Origin: Strigamia acuminata
Lineage: Eukaryota
Direction: 5' to 3'
NCBI GenBank assembly: GCA_949358305.1
Contig: OX442314.1
Location: 32,798,001-32,862,000, forward strand
DNA length: 64,000 nucleotides
Positions 1 through 11,975 of the stretch are shown piece after piece. The stretch's first letter is position 1. Every line of letters starts with the position of its first letter. The position numbers and the translations under genes were made by a program. Under the pieces are notes generated by a model. The model saw only the letters and a list, made by a program, of their open reading frames with translations, was not told where the DNA came from and did no database searches.

Positions 1-160
1 AAAAACAAAAAAAACAAAAAAAACAAAAAAATCCCCAAACCAATTAACAGTTCGAAAACGTTGACACACAAAACGGCCACAAGCCGCAACGAGACCTGCA
101 AATTACCCGCCCCGCGCACGTAAAACTACTAAAAAGCGGCGCACGCGATAAGCAGCTTAC

Positions 161-460
161 CTACATAGCACGTCTACGCAACAGCGAGAAAGGGCAGTCA
201 GTGTCAATCTGTTGTGCAAGTCCAAACTTCCATTCAGCAGGTGGCCGTTTTATCCAACTTGAGCCGGCAGTCGCGCGCACGCCAACCTAACGTCACTGAC
301 CGCACCACGGCTCGTGACTCCGTCCGTGTACCTCGCGCGCTGACTGACGGTAGCAGCTCCAACTTGCGCCGGAGAAATGAATAGTGGAAAGTCGATTCCA
401 GACGGCAGGGAAGGTAACACGATTCCCACCGAAAGGACAGCGCCGCCTCGCGGATCCACC
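161..460 (-). other. Putative non-coding (UTR or lncRNA) spliced exon
   Basis: GC-rich 300-bp block. On the minus strand it is bounded by a T-rich ...gtgtttacag acceptor and a TAG|gtaag donor (plus cttac at 156-160). All three minus frames contain stops. Confidence 0.4.
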
Positions 461-1866
461 CTGTAAACACAAACCAACCCGTCCCAATTTACATATTTCT
501 TAAAGAATAATTCACATTTTTTTCATTTCTCTGCGTGGGAAGGCCGTTTAATTAGCGCATCAAAATTCCTGTTTTAACATGCCTCTGCACGCGCTAATTG
601 CCTGCCCGTCGCACATAAAACGCACTTCGAAGTCCAGAAGTCCATAAAGAGAAAGAGAAACCACTTTGGCACGAAAAAGGAGCTGAAATGGGGCCAAGAC
701 CCTTCGCCGGCGCTCTACCCGCGCATCATTTCCATCGGTAATGGCGGCAATCAAACGTAAACCAAAAACCATCTATTTGGCGACCCCAGGCGCGCAAAAC
801 AATTGAACAAACGCCCCCGACGCACGTGTGCGAGTCGGGGCATAATCGGAAAAGGCGAGGCTGGACAAGAAAGCGCCAAAGTGATGAAGAAAGTGGAGGA
901 AAAGCCAGGAATTGTACTTCCACTACAAGAAACAACCCTTGATGACCCCTTTTTTTGTAAAAAAAAAAAAACGAAGAGAAGAAAAGGTCTTTTTAGTTAC
1001 AAGATTGCAGAGATTGGATTGGATTGTAGGAATCGATACAAGTTTCTAGCATTTAAAAATCGTTGCAGTCCGAATTGCAAAGGGGTATTCGATGGGTTCG
1101 GTGCAGAAAAGAGTGAATAATTTACTGTACAATGGATTTTCAATGTGCTTTGTAGGGCAAAAAGAATAAATTGGTATTAGAAAGGGGGAAAAAAGTGCAA
1201 CTTCAAAGATGGAGCGGTGTTTGCCATCGAATCAAATAGGGGAACTAATTCAGTCAATGGATTTATTCATTTTTAATGGACTTCTCCTATCGATACTGTG
1301 CGCATAGCCTAGTGATCAAATCTCTCCTGGGAGCAAGGAACATCATTTATTAACGCACCATTGAAAAAGTACATTAATACCATGCAGTTCTTTCCGAGTT
1401 GGCTCCTTTTGATAGCAAATAATGCATGTTCTATCAACATCATCTGAATCCCTAATCTTGAGAGTTGTAAGAAAGAAAGTCTAAAGGTGGAAACACAAGG
1501 GAACGGGTAAAATTTTTAAAGCTTGCTTTTACTTGAAAAAGGGGCTAAAAACTTGCCCGCTTGAGCAAACACAAGCTTGCGTTTTTATTCAAAGTTTTGT
1601 TTTGAAGCGAGCTTGTACTCACCCACTCCGTTCAAACTGAGTTTGATTTACCAGCTTCAAGCTTGCTGGCGTTTTGGTCATGTGACTTTGACAGCCAATC
1701 AGAATCGTAAGGAAATTCTTGGAGGAGATTTTGGCGGGAATTTCTGGCTAGCTACCTATACTCAAAACCAACACAACGTTGATGTATTTTCCTATTGGTC
1801 GAGCCGTATCACTGGTGTAGTGGCACAAAAAAAGTAGCTCGTAACACCAGAATTGTATTCTAACTA

Positions 1867-2195
1867 CAGTCTGCGCACGGTATCTTGATGCTAAATTCGT
1901 ACTGCGCATCCCATTCTGCGCAGACAATTTTCTAATTCCAATTGTTATATGTCAGTATTAAGCCTAATATTAGGCCTAATAATGCGAAAATAAGGTAAAA
2001 AAACAACAATATTTTGGTACTACGTTGTAAATTACTTTTAATTATGAGTTTATTGTTTTTTATTTACTTTATTTTAGAATTATTAGGCCTAATATTAGGC
2101 TTAATACTGCTAAATAACAACTGGAATTAGAAAATTGTCTGCGCAGAATGGGATGCGCAGTACGAATTTAGCATCAAGATACCTTGCACAGACTA
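1867..2195. mobile_element. Tc1/mariner-type MITE
   Basis: Terminal inverted repeats of about 120 bp (CAGTCTGCGCACGGTATCTTGATGC... / ...GCATCAAGATACCTTGCACAGACTA), flanked by TA on both sides. A related fragment lies at about 63748-63825. Confidence 0.85.
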
Positions 2196-2283
2196 TAGGC
2201 ATAAACAACCAATAAAAAACAAAACCTTTGTTTACCTGCCAAAATAAACATTTTATTACCAATTAAATAAAATCAATAAATAA

Positions 2284-2650
2284 AATTAACTTTCCGGCAT
2301 GTCGATGCAACGGAAAGCTGATCTTCGTTTCCACGCACAGAAAGTAACGATTGATTCTGACAATTTGTGACCGGTCGTAATTTTTTTTAACCGGTTTCAA
2401 ATATGGCAGCAATCAGTCCTGCCAACAAATGCAAACAACTGTATATTCTATTTATAAAAATAGATAATCAGTTTATAAATAAAATTAAAAATTAAAAACA
2501 AACTAGCAATCCTATTCGTCCTAACTCCAAAAGTAGCTTTAAACATTTTTATTGGCATCCATCTTGTTTCTTTTTCACGACCATTCATGATTCTGTCAAG
2601 TCTATACACACAGAAAAGTCTGTTAGCAGATGATCTTATGGGTACTAAGC
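2284..2650. repeat. Dispersed repeat, copy 1 (copy 2 at about 4987-5469)
   Basis: Long shared blocks such as ggcatgtcgatgcaacggaaagctgatc and caaatatggcagcaatcagt, with internal indels. Confidence 0.8.
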
Positions 2651-3322
2651 TTTAGCCACAAAAGTTGCCACAAAAGTTCCTCAAAACATATTACACTAGT
2701 TTCAGACATACAAACTTTAACTTCTAGTTATTATTGTAGAAACCCTTGTATACTCTGTACATTCTTGTAGGACAATAAACAGTAAAGCGTTTAAATGCCT
2801 TCTAAAACCATCAATAAAGCAGAGTAGCCAAAAAGGTTTAGTACTGTCATTATCGCAAGAGTAAAAACAGAGTAAACCACCGTGCAAGGAAATTCCAATG
2901 AGTGAATGGGTTCACAAGATAGCGGGCAAAACCAATAGAGAAACTCGGCCATCAAGTACAAGTCTGCGTCTTCAGCAAAGAATTTGTGGCCTTTCCTATC
3001 CCAAGATATAAAATCCAGAAGAAGGTATAAAAAAAGCCGTAAAACTTTAACTGCTAATCGAGTGAATAATTATTATTACAACGTCCTGTGTAGCCTAATA
3101 GAAACATTAGTATTAAGTATTATAAACTGGCGAAAATAAATCGTTGTAAATTAATTAATTACTCTTAATAAAGCGCAATCATTGGGTTATTAATCATCAG
3201 TTCATCACAATATTGAAAAATTGATCTAAATCGTCGAAATTTGCATTGCAAATTTATGTCTATCATTTATCTGCCATACAGTGCCTTTCGACCTATCAAC
3301 TTTCCCAGGTAGCATTGCTCCT

Positions 3323-3413
3323 CTTTAAGCGGCATGCCACTATAGCGTGGGTTTAACCAGACTGCCGGTAAACCCCATTTGTATCGGCGTTTTTAGCGGC
3401 ATGCTGCTTAAAG
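3323..3413. repeat. Small palindromic element (MITE remnant)
   Basis: Inverted repeat ctttaagcggcatgcc...ggcatgctgcttaaag. Confidence 0.55.
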
Positions 3414-3453
3414 CGGGGTAATATGGGATGCAGGATGAGTCAAAAGTCTAGAC

Positions 3454-3773
3454 CAGGGGTCGGCAAGTAATTTTAAGTGGGGTCCGAATACTATTGAAAA
3501 TTTTTATCGAGGTCCAGAAAAAAAAAAAAACTTAAAAACCTTACTAAAAACCTAAGAAAACGGAAAAAACACTTAAAAACCAAATAAACCCCCCAATAAA
3601 CACACACAACCCAAAAAATACCAATAAAACCTAAAAAACAGAACAAACAAGAAAAAAAACACCGAAAACCCAAAGAAATCGAGAGGAAAACGTCGCTAAA
3701 ATGTCACCGCGGTCCAAGTTTCGACCTTCGGCGGTCCGGATATGGACCGCAGTCCACCTGTTGCCGACCGCTG
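3454..3773. mobile_element. hAT (Charlie/Buster-like) MITE
   Basis: TIR CAGGGGTCGGCAA / TTGCCGACCGCTG. The 8-bp TSD gtctagac / gtttagac fits the NTCTAGAN target typical of this group. Confidence 0.85.
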
Positions 3774-4986
3774 GTTTAGACACACCTTTTTTCTTGAAAA
3801 TGACTGAAGATATATCAATTCTAATACTGCGATCAAATAAAAAGTCGATGGCTGGTTATTCGGTTACGACCTTAAATTTGATTCGGAAGGTCACCTTCAA
3901 CATTATCCATTTTGTACTTGTAAACGGTTGAAAATACAGCAAAATTTCCAATTGCAAAGTTGTAGAGCACCGTCGAAAAAAAAAGAAAACAAATCAGGAA
4001 ATTGAAATTTTCTTTTCTTATTACGACAAAACTAATTTCGCATTAAAATACGAAACAGTGGCTTATTAATTTATTTCTAAAAACTAGCAACAATAATTTA
4101 ACTGTATCCAACAAACGCCTCAATCTCGATCGTGCGGATGAAAAAGAACACAGCAGGACATAAAGCGTGACCAAGCGATTTGTTCGACGGTAACAAACAG
4201 TCATTAACGCGCACCATGACGCCTCTAAGAGTTATTGTTCGTCAGGAAGACAAACACCCCTTCTATCCTGTAGCGTTTCTCAGAAATTGCGTCACACGCC
4301 GGACAAACGATGTACAGAAAACCATTTCGTATCATTAAGCGAGTGCGAATGGCTGCGCCTTGGAAACGAGATTAAAAGAAGCGCAGCTGCTTTAATTATC
4401 GATTACGCGCAGAATCGAGATGGCGCGATGGATGAGTCAAAGGTCGAACTCAAGAGATTGAACAATCTGTGCAGACATGCAATCGAGGTGTAATGGGTCA
4501 GGTAACACACGAAACTAAATGAAATAAGCGTGTACAAACTTTTAATCGATGACGGCCACTTAAAACGGGTATGTCAATCGATAAACACTCGTGCAAACGG
4601 CGAGCAAATTAAATAAACGTTCAAATATTCCACTGGACATCCCACGAATGCTAACGTGGTCACGTGGATCACTCTTACTGCTGCATTATTAAAAACACTT
4701 CAAGAATGCAGTAAGTACCCTACACACGAACGAGAACACATTCGCAAGTCCGGCAAAAGTTGATAATCTCAATTAAAGAAAACATTTTTAATCTCATTTT
4801 TTTTAAAAATTTTATTAAAAATTAGTAAAGGTAAACAAAATTTTTAATCTTAAGCTTAGTACTCATAAGCAGTTTCTGACGTAGGAAACCAGTCTGCCCA
4901 CAGAAATTTTGCCTACAGAAAAAACTGGTACTCACAAATTTCATTCCAGGCTTGGAATGTCTGCGAGATATATTCTGTGACATAAA

Positions 4987-5469
4987 GAATTAACTTTCTG
5001 GCATGTCGATGCAACGGAAAGCTGATCTGCGTTTCCAGGCACAGAAACTTCTGTGGCACAGAAAGTAACGATCGGTTTTGACAATTTGTGACCGGTCGTA
5101 ATATTTTTTAACCGGTCTCAAATATGGCAGCAATCAGTTCTGCCAACAAATGCAAACGACTGTATATTCTATTTATAAAAATAGATTATTAGTTTATGCT
5201 TAAAATTAAAAATTAAAAACAAACTAGAAATCCTAAAAGTAGCCTTAAAAATTTTTATTGGCATCCATCTTGTTTCTTTTTTGTGGCCATTCACCATTTC
5301 TTTTCTGTTGCATAGCGCTGTGAGTACCACAAAAAGTCTGGTGTTACAGACCAGCACATGTTCTGCTACCAGATGATTCTGATAGGCTTTTCTGTCAAAT
5401 CTATACACACAGAAAAGTCTGTGGGCATACACTTCTGTTAGCAGATGATCTTATAGAGTACAAAGCTTA
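4987..5469. repeat. Dispersed repeat, copy 2
   Basis: Homologous to 2284-2650. Confidence 0.8.
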
Positions 5470-7613
5470 AGGTGCTTCCAAACTTTCAGACACCTAGTTC
5501 TTGCGGTTTTTTAACTACGCCAATTATAACGTACAAAAAGTCCATATCACGAAATTCGTCGCTCGGATTGTGATGAAACATGGTTTGGGGTTTTCCAACA
5601 TAGTTTCCTGACAGTTTCCAAACTTTCAGACATCTAGCTCCTGCTGTTTTTGCGCTACACCAACTAACGAATGCGTTGCCACAAAATCTCAAAGTTCAGA
5701 ACTCAATGTTTGTATGTAGGGGACTAATTACTGTAATTCAAACAGATGTAGAGCTCTGCAGTGAAGACCGATGTGGTGAGGTGGTTTAAACAAACTCACA
5801 CAATTAAGTACCACACTTTGCACTTTGCAGACCGTAAGATGAACTTTTTTACTTTGTAAAGTCAACCAAAAATTGGGGTGCATCTTACGGTTCATAGCGC
5901 GTCTTATAGTCCGAACTTACTGTATCTATGATATGCGGCACGTCGGGGAATCCCATAAAATTAATTCAGGGATTATCCCATGAAAATAAATTATAAAAAT
6001 AATAATTAAAAAAAAAATTAAAATTTTTTTGTATTTTTTTTTTAATAAAAATTATCTTTTTTGAGTCGATGCGTTTCATCGTCCAAAAAATTTTTTTTGA
6101 TGCAAAATGATGCTGCCATCTTGCCTAGCTGCGAACCAGTGATCATAAATACTTTTAAAACTTGTATTTAAACTCCTGAGATAATTAACTGTGTATACAC
6201 GCGTCCCAAACTCTCCCGTACAAACGTTGCACTCTGAGTTGTGAGTAAGGCCCCGCTTCGCTGCACTACACACTCGCCCATAAATTAACATAGTTAAAAA
6301 TCCACCTGAATGTTTGCCGAGGTGGGTCTCCGTGTGAAATTCGTGAAGCGAAAGGGCGGGCTTTCGAGTCGGGTTCATTTCTATTGTATTTCCCGCACTT
6401 TTTATCAGCTTCAAACCACGGTCACCAGTTTAGTACATTCATAAAAACGACATAAAAGCGCAAAGATCCGGTTATTGCTACTATAAACACGGCACCAGGC
6501 CTTCGTTATTGGCCCTCGCTTCCACGCGGCCCCCTCGGGGTCCTCCAACAGCCGCTCGACGGCCCTTGATTAGAAAGATGTCTGCCAAAAGCACCCTTTA
6601 CTCAAACCAAGGAAATCCCGCGATACGCATCGACATTCACTGCGGTTTTCAATGTCGTTCTTCTCCGAAAACAGAACAGCCCGCCAGGCCATCAAAGACA
6701 ATCCTCCGCAAGCTTAATTGCGTGTTTTGATTCGAGTCCGAAGAAATTTTAATTAGCAACTACTGTGGTCAAACGAGTCGCAACTATCACTTAGAAATAA
6801 ATTGATTGTAAAAAATTTAAAAAAAAAAAAAAAATTTAAATAATAATAAAATTTTTTTAAAAATAAATTTTAATCGGCTTAATTTTAATTTATTTAAGCT
6901 TCATTTTTGCGCCCGACGACTCGAAAATTAATAAATTGGCGCATCATTTAGAGTTTTGCTCAAATTTCAGCATTCTTGTGGCGTCAACATAAATAAATGA
7001 AGCCCACTTGGTTAGATCATCAAAGATCATTAACTACTGCATTCCAGCACACAATTCAATCAGCAAATGTTTCCTCTGCGCCAGCCATACAAATCCCCTT
7101 CTTTTTCCATTCATAACCACCTAAGCAGCCTTTCCAAACGTTCCCTCAAACAGAAGATGAAGTACAGTGGTGATAAATGCAGACTAAAATCAGACCTGAC
7201 AGCACTGCAGCAATTATTCTCTATTTTCCTGCATAGTGGTTGCAAGGAACTCGCCTTCCACGCAATTCCAAGATCAAATATTTGCAAAAATAAGAACAAA
7301 AGAAACAAAATTGTGCATGCAAATAATGAAAAAAGCTGCCCGTGGGAGTTTAATCCAGTCATTGGAAGATCAAACATCCAGGAGCACAAATATTAAATCA
7401 AATATTAATCACGCGAGGATTAAGCTTGGAAAACTCGACAGTAGTTAATGAAAAAGTAGAAAACCCACTTATCGTGTCGGATGATCAGTTTTTAAGACCA
7501 AAAACGTGTAAAGTCCTTTCCTTCATTTTATAAGGCCATTTTGTATAAAAAAAAGTTTTTTAAAATATAGCGGATTGTTCGATTTTTGCCGCACCAGCGC
7601 CATCCTGGGTCAG

Positions 7614-7722
7614 GGATGGGAACTATTCACCATTCCCATTAGAACACAGCAGTTAAGTAGCATTGGGTCTAGTCAGTACTTCGGTGAGTGACCTGCGAGG
7701 AATCCCGGTTGTTTTCCCATCC
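7614..7722 (+). pseudogene. Divergent 5S rRNA-like sequence
   Basis: cccattagaacacagcagttaag...tgggtctagtcagtacttcggtgagtgacc...ggaat follows the 5S A-box / intermediate element / C-box layout. Terminal helix GGATGGGAA/TTCCCATCC. About 10 nt shorter than a normal 5S. Confidence 0.7.
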
Positions 7723-7853
7723 TTGTCTGATTAAGATACTGCTTTGGTGTCAAGATCGTTTCATTGCAATTGGTGGTGTCCTCTAGTGGTGGATAAACAA
7801 AAAAATTTAAATCAATTCCTGAAATAATCGCATACCGGTACATGTGTAAAAAT

Positions 7854-8568
7854 TAGGGTTGCACCGAATATCAAATAGGCCGAATAACCGAATACCGAAT
7901 ATTCGGAACCGAATACCATGGCCGAATATTCGGTATTCGGCCGAATAACCGAATATTAAAAAAAAGAATTTTTATGTTGAAAAAAGCCATTTTTAGTTGA
8001 AAAAGTTTACTTTTTATCTAATAAATCCAGTTTTTAGGTTCTAGAATGTTCTTTTTACCCAAAAGATGTAGTTTTTTAATTATAAAATGTCCTTTTTCTG
8101 AAAAAAATGCAAATTTTGCCTAAAAATAGCGATTTTTGTCTTAATATTGCGATTTTTGCCTAAAAAGTGCATTTTTGCCTCTGAAAAGCTATTTTTACAG
8201 GGAAGATGCAATTAATACCTTAAGAATTTTATTTTTAAAATATATATTGAATTTTTATTCAACAATTTGTGATGTTTAGGCAATAATTTCAATTTAATAG
8301 TGAAGATTAAATTTTTTCGTAAAAAAAATGCAAATTTGATGTAAAAATATGAAGTTATCTTGGATAATGCACTGTAAATTGTGTAAATTATTATTATTCA
8401 TCCTGTAAAAGGCGAAAGGTTACACTGAAAAATTCAAACAATTCAAATTTTATCATTATTATGTATTCGGCCGAATAACAAGTGATATTCGGCCGAATAA
8501 TAATATTCGGTTTTTAAGCCGAATAGGCCGAATAACCGAATACAAACCGAATATTCGGTGCAACCCTA
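7854..8568. mobile_element. hAT-type MITE
   Basis: TIR TAGGGTTGCACCGAATAT, perfect 8-bp TSD gtaaaaat (7846-7853 and 8569-8576), many subterminal ccgaata repeats. Confidence 0.92.
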
Positions 8569-8811
8569 GTAAAAATCAAACCAAGAAGAATACTGAAATT
8601 TCAGGAAAAATCATTTTAAACTTTGCTGTAAAATATGTATTACACCACTATCATAAACCTTGAAAATCATACATAACCTACACCCTAAATTAAAATGAGT
8701 CGTTTTTGACTGACCCAATGACCCTTGCAGAACGTTGTTTGTACGTGCTGCAATGCGCCGTCACCAACTAAAAAACATGAGTAAATGTCGAACGTCAAGC
8801 CAACGTTGATG

Positions 8812-9039
8812 GTTTTTAGGGCGAAGAATAGAAAGGATTTATTCACCGATGAAGGGAAACTAAAAAAAAACCCTAAAATCCAAAGTGACGGACTAGTACA
8901 GCTGTTGACGAGGAAATTTAGATGGAATGTTGATGAAGCGCAACTATTTGCGGATTTTTTGCTGCCAATGTTGGCGATTAATCCGAACGACCGCTCCTCG
9001 GCAAAGAAGTCACTCGGCCATCAGTGGCTACAATTTTAA
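8812..9039 (+). pseudogene. SRPK: SR-protein kinase C-terminal fragment
   Basis: DEAQLFADFLLPMLAINPNDRSSAKKSLGHQWL matches the SRPK C-lobe end. Near-identical to 60823-61051; the 5' part is absent. Confidence 0.8.
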
Positions 9040-9486
9040 CATAACGATTTTTTTTAAATAAAGTTTAAATAATGTTTTAAATCACTTGTGATGTAATATC
9101 TTAAAAATGCCCAATGTCCATGAAAACGTAAAAAGATGTGTTTATATTATATAACTTGATTAACAATTTTCTCTCTGATATAATTACTTCAATTATTTTT
9201 TAAATTAATCAATCACCACACAGGTGACTGCGGGATGCATGCCATTGCGAAGGAATTACTTAACTTAAAATAATTTGAAATAACAAACCAAAACCAATCC
9301 AATTACTGGCCCTAAATTATGAAAATAGCTACTCCGCTATCGTGGGCTATTTTCACCTAAATTAAGTGGAAATAACCCACGAGTATTTTTCAAGTACGGT
9401 ACTTAAGTTGAAATAGCCTCGGCACTGCTAAAAAAAACCGGTTTTACACGAACATCACAAAATACGAAAATTCTACGATGTTCGTG

Positions 9487-9780
9487 TCAATTTTGTACTT
9501 ACCCGAGCAATCAGCTTCAGCACACGTTCAACCTGGAGCATTCTAACTCGTCGTATAAACCAGAGACACGAAATGTACGATATGCAGCGAAGGTCTATCG
9601 AAATAAGAACTCATATATCACTATTTAACAAAATGTTCGATCTATTTTAAGCTGCTTGATACAATATTTACCGTTTTCGCCAGTTGCTCTCGCCGATATC
9701 GTCGCCGCCATGCTTTTATGCAGCCCACTGTTGCCATCTGGCGAAGAAATTGTTAAATCTAATAGAAACGCTCCAAAATC
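9487..9780 (-). promoter_or_regulatory. Repeated promoter/first-exon module, copy 1 of 6 (others about 11181-11510, 17201-17225 plus 24100-24410, 43937-44210, 45225-45550, 61517-61806)
   Basis: Each copy has GCCATCT(G/A)GCGAAGAAAT (CTCF-like), a minus-strand ATG just downstream, and a CGG|gtaag splice donor. Reading frames are broken. Confidence 0.55.
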
Positions 9781-11975
9781 GGATATTTTTATTTAATTTC
9801 TTGATATCTGCAGAATAAATAAAACAATTATGAACACTCTTATTCTTTACGATTCTTATGGTTTCAATAAACCCGGAAAAACACTAGCTTTTTGTACACA
9901 CAAATTTTTGATAATAACGGTAAACAAGTTTCGGTTTTGCTTTTAACAATTTTACCATCCAGAACATTTCTTCACTCACAAGTCAGCGTCCTGAAAAAAA
10001 AAGGAATAAATAAATAAATTCTTTAAAGAAACCATCCCACAGTGCTGCCATCTAGTGACGCACAACCAAACAAATTAAAAATTTCCTACTAAGTGCTGCA
10101 GCGAAGGTTTTTCAAGCAATAAATTCATATTTCCTCCCAAAGCAAGACGCATTCCTGAAAAAGACGTCAAAATAGACTCGATGGGGGCAGAGACTTTGTC
10201 GGACAGTGAATGGGGTCCGGGCGATGACCAGAGTTGGGTTAATTCAGACGTTTCGGCGCGCTCGTCGGTCATCTATGACGTGCCCAAACCGCCGACGTAC
10301 TCGTGGGCGGAGGGCGAAGCGACGGATTTCGGTGAAAGTGAGGAAGTGGATCCTAATGGGGTCGCGCAAAGTGCTTACGCAGACGTGACCAGCGAAACAT
10401 CAGAATTTTCAGTTCCGGAATTTGGTGCCGGTTTTGCCGCCATTCCCGCCCCAGCAAGTTCCAGGGTAACTTGTCCCTAATTTGCCCTGGTAAAGACCAC
10501 GCCGTCACAACATTATGGGCGATAGATGAATAGATCAATACATGCTTAACCTGGGTTTTGCCCTGGTTTTGTCGCTAACTTGCCGACATAAAAAGCTTTG
10601 TCCTCAATTAACGGAATGATTAGATTCGAAATTCGGTTCATGATTAATTTCTATGATTCACGATCGTTTGAAAATGTCTATTCTGTGGCATTTATCGTTT
10701 TTTAAGCCATTTCAATCAATTTTGTCGCACAAAAACAATAGATTGATTGATCTACCCCGGATCAAATAAAATTCAGAACTAACTATGTTATGCTCCCATC
10801 ATGAAACCGTTTGCTTCAACTAAAAAATTGATGGCGATAAAGAGTATTCATCACTGCATGGCGACATTCTGATTTTGATGGAACAGAGTTTGTCTCGTCA
10901 CAATCCCCGTCTCTAATCACGTTTTATCGAGACGAGGAAAAAAAAGACAGCAGCAAAGGATTTATATTGGGAACCCACGGAAAAAATACTTGTGCAGTTC
11001 TCAAAATCATGTCAAGTTTCTGTGTAATTCGAGAGACTACACTTATTCACGAGAGGTAAAGGCCCCACATTTGCTGCAGCATTCGGCCTGACAATACTTA
11101 AATCCAGCTCTGATTTTCATCGGTCATTAAAAACAACCAAAGTTGATCAGTCTGAAATTTGTGAATAATATTTGATTTCGTATCAATTTTGTTGCTTACC
11201 CGGGCAATCAGCACATGTTCAGCCTTGTTCATTTTAACACGTCATTTCAGTCGACCGAGTTTTGAACCCATATTTCGGAATGCCACGTGAGACTTGAAAT
11301 GTATTATAAGCAGCTCAGTCAATCTAAAAAATAGAATATTTCATCACATCGGGAAATGTTTGATCCAGTTTCTTTGAACAATATTTACTGTTTCCGCCAA
11401 AGTTGAACTCGTCGATCTCGATTTCGCTGCATCCATGTTGTCGTGTGGTTGAACCTTGCGAGTATCGCCATCTGGCGAAGAAATAACTAAACTCCCACAA
11501 ACACGCTTCACATTCAAACATTTTTTTAAGTTCATTTCTCGCCATACGAAAACTGTAAAATAAAAAAAAAGCACAAAAACTGATTTTCTTTTTTTGGTTA
11601 CTCTTCTCACTTACTAGTACTTTTGATAGTCTCATAGTTTCATGCTGGTTTTAGCGTCATCTTGGTTCATGTCAGTTTCACCAACTGGAATTGACAATTT
11701 TCATCATCTTTTCATGAACTAAATCGGCCTAACCGATTCAGTAGAAATGAGCTCCGAGAACACAGATTAAGGGAATACAATATATTTTATTGGCCGAAAA
11801 CCAAACAGAATTTTAATTTCTAACACGTCTGATTCTAGATCTAAAAATGAATAAATGTCACTCAAGTTGCAATGTTGTGAAGCATCCGTGTGATGTTTCT
11901 GTGTATATGTGCAAAAGCAGTTGCTAAATGTAGGAACTACCAAATACAGTAAAAATATGTCGCTATATTAAGAGT

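Larger units (their letters stand above)
8812..10145. repeat. Segmental duplication shared with about 60823-62503
   Basis: Colinear, highly similar sequence. The second copy additionally carries a 300-bp MITE. Confidence 0.9.

Noticed and set aside
1..30. A-rich (AAAAAAAAC)n run
   Set aside because: Simple low-complexity sequence at the window edge.
3255..3312. Possible 18S rRNA fragment (cctatcaactttc...ggtag)
   Set aside because: Only a short motif matches and there is no extended colinear similarity.
5830..5924. pogo-like MITE end (ccgtaagatg/catcttacgg...tactgta)
   Set aside because: Only one plausible terminus; too degraded to delimit.
7067..7448. Overlapping short ORFs
   Set aside because: No recognisable motif or supported exon structure.
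11200..11235. ArfGAP-like CADC peptide in one frame of the repeated module
   Set aside because: It is flanked by stops and not kept in the other module subtypes.
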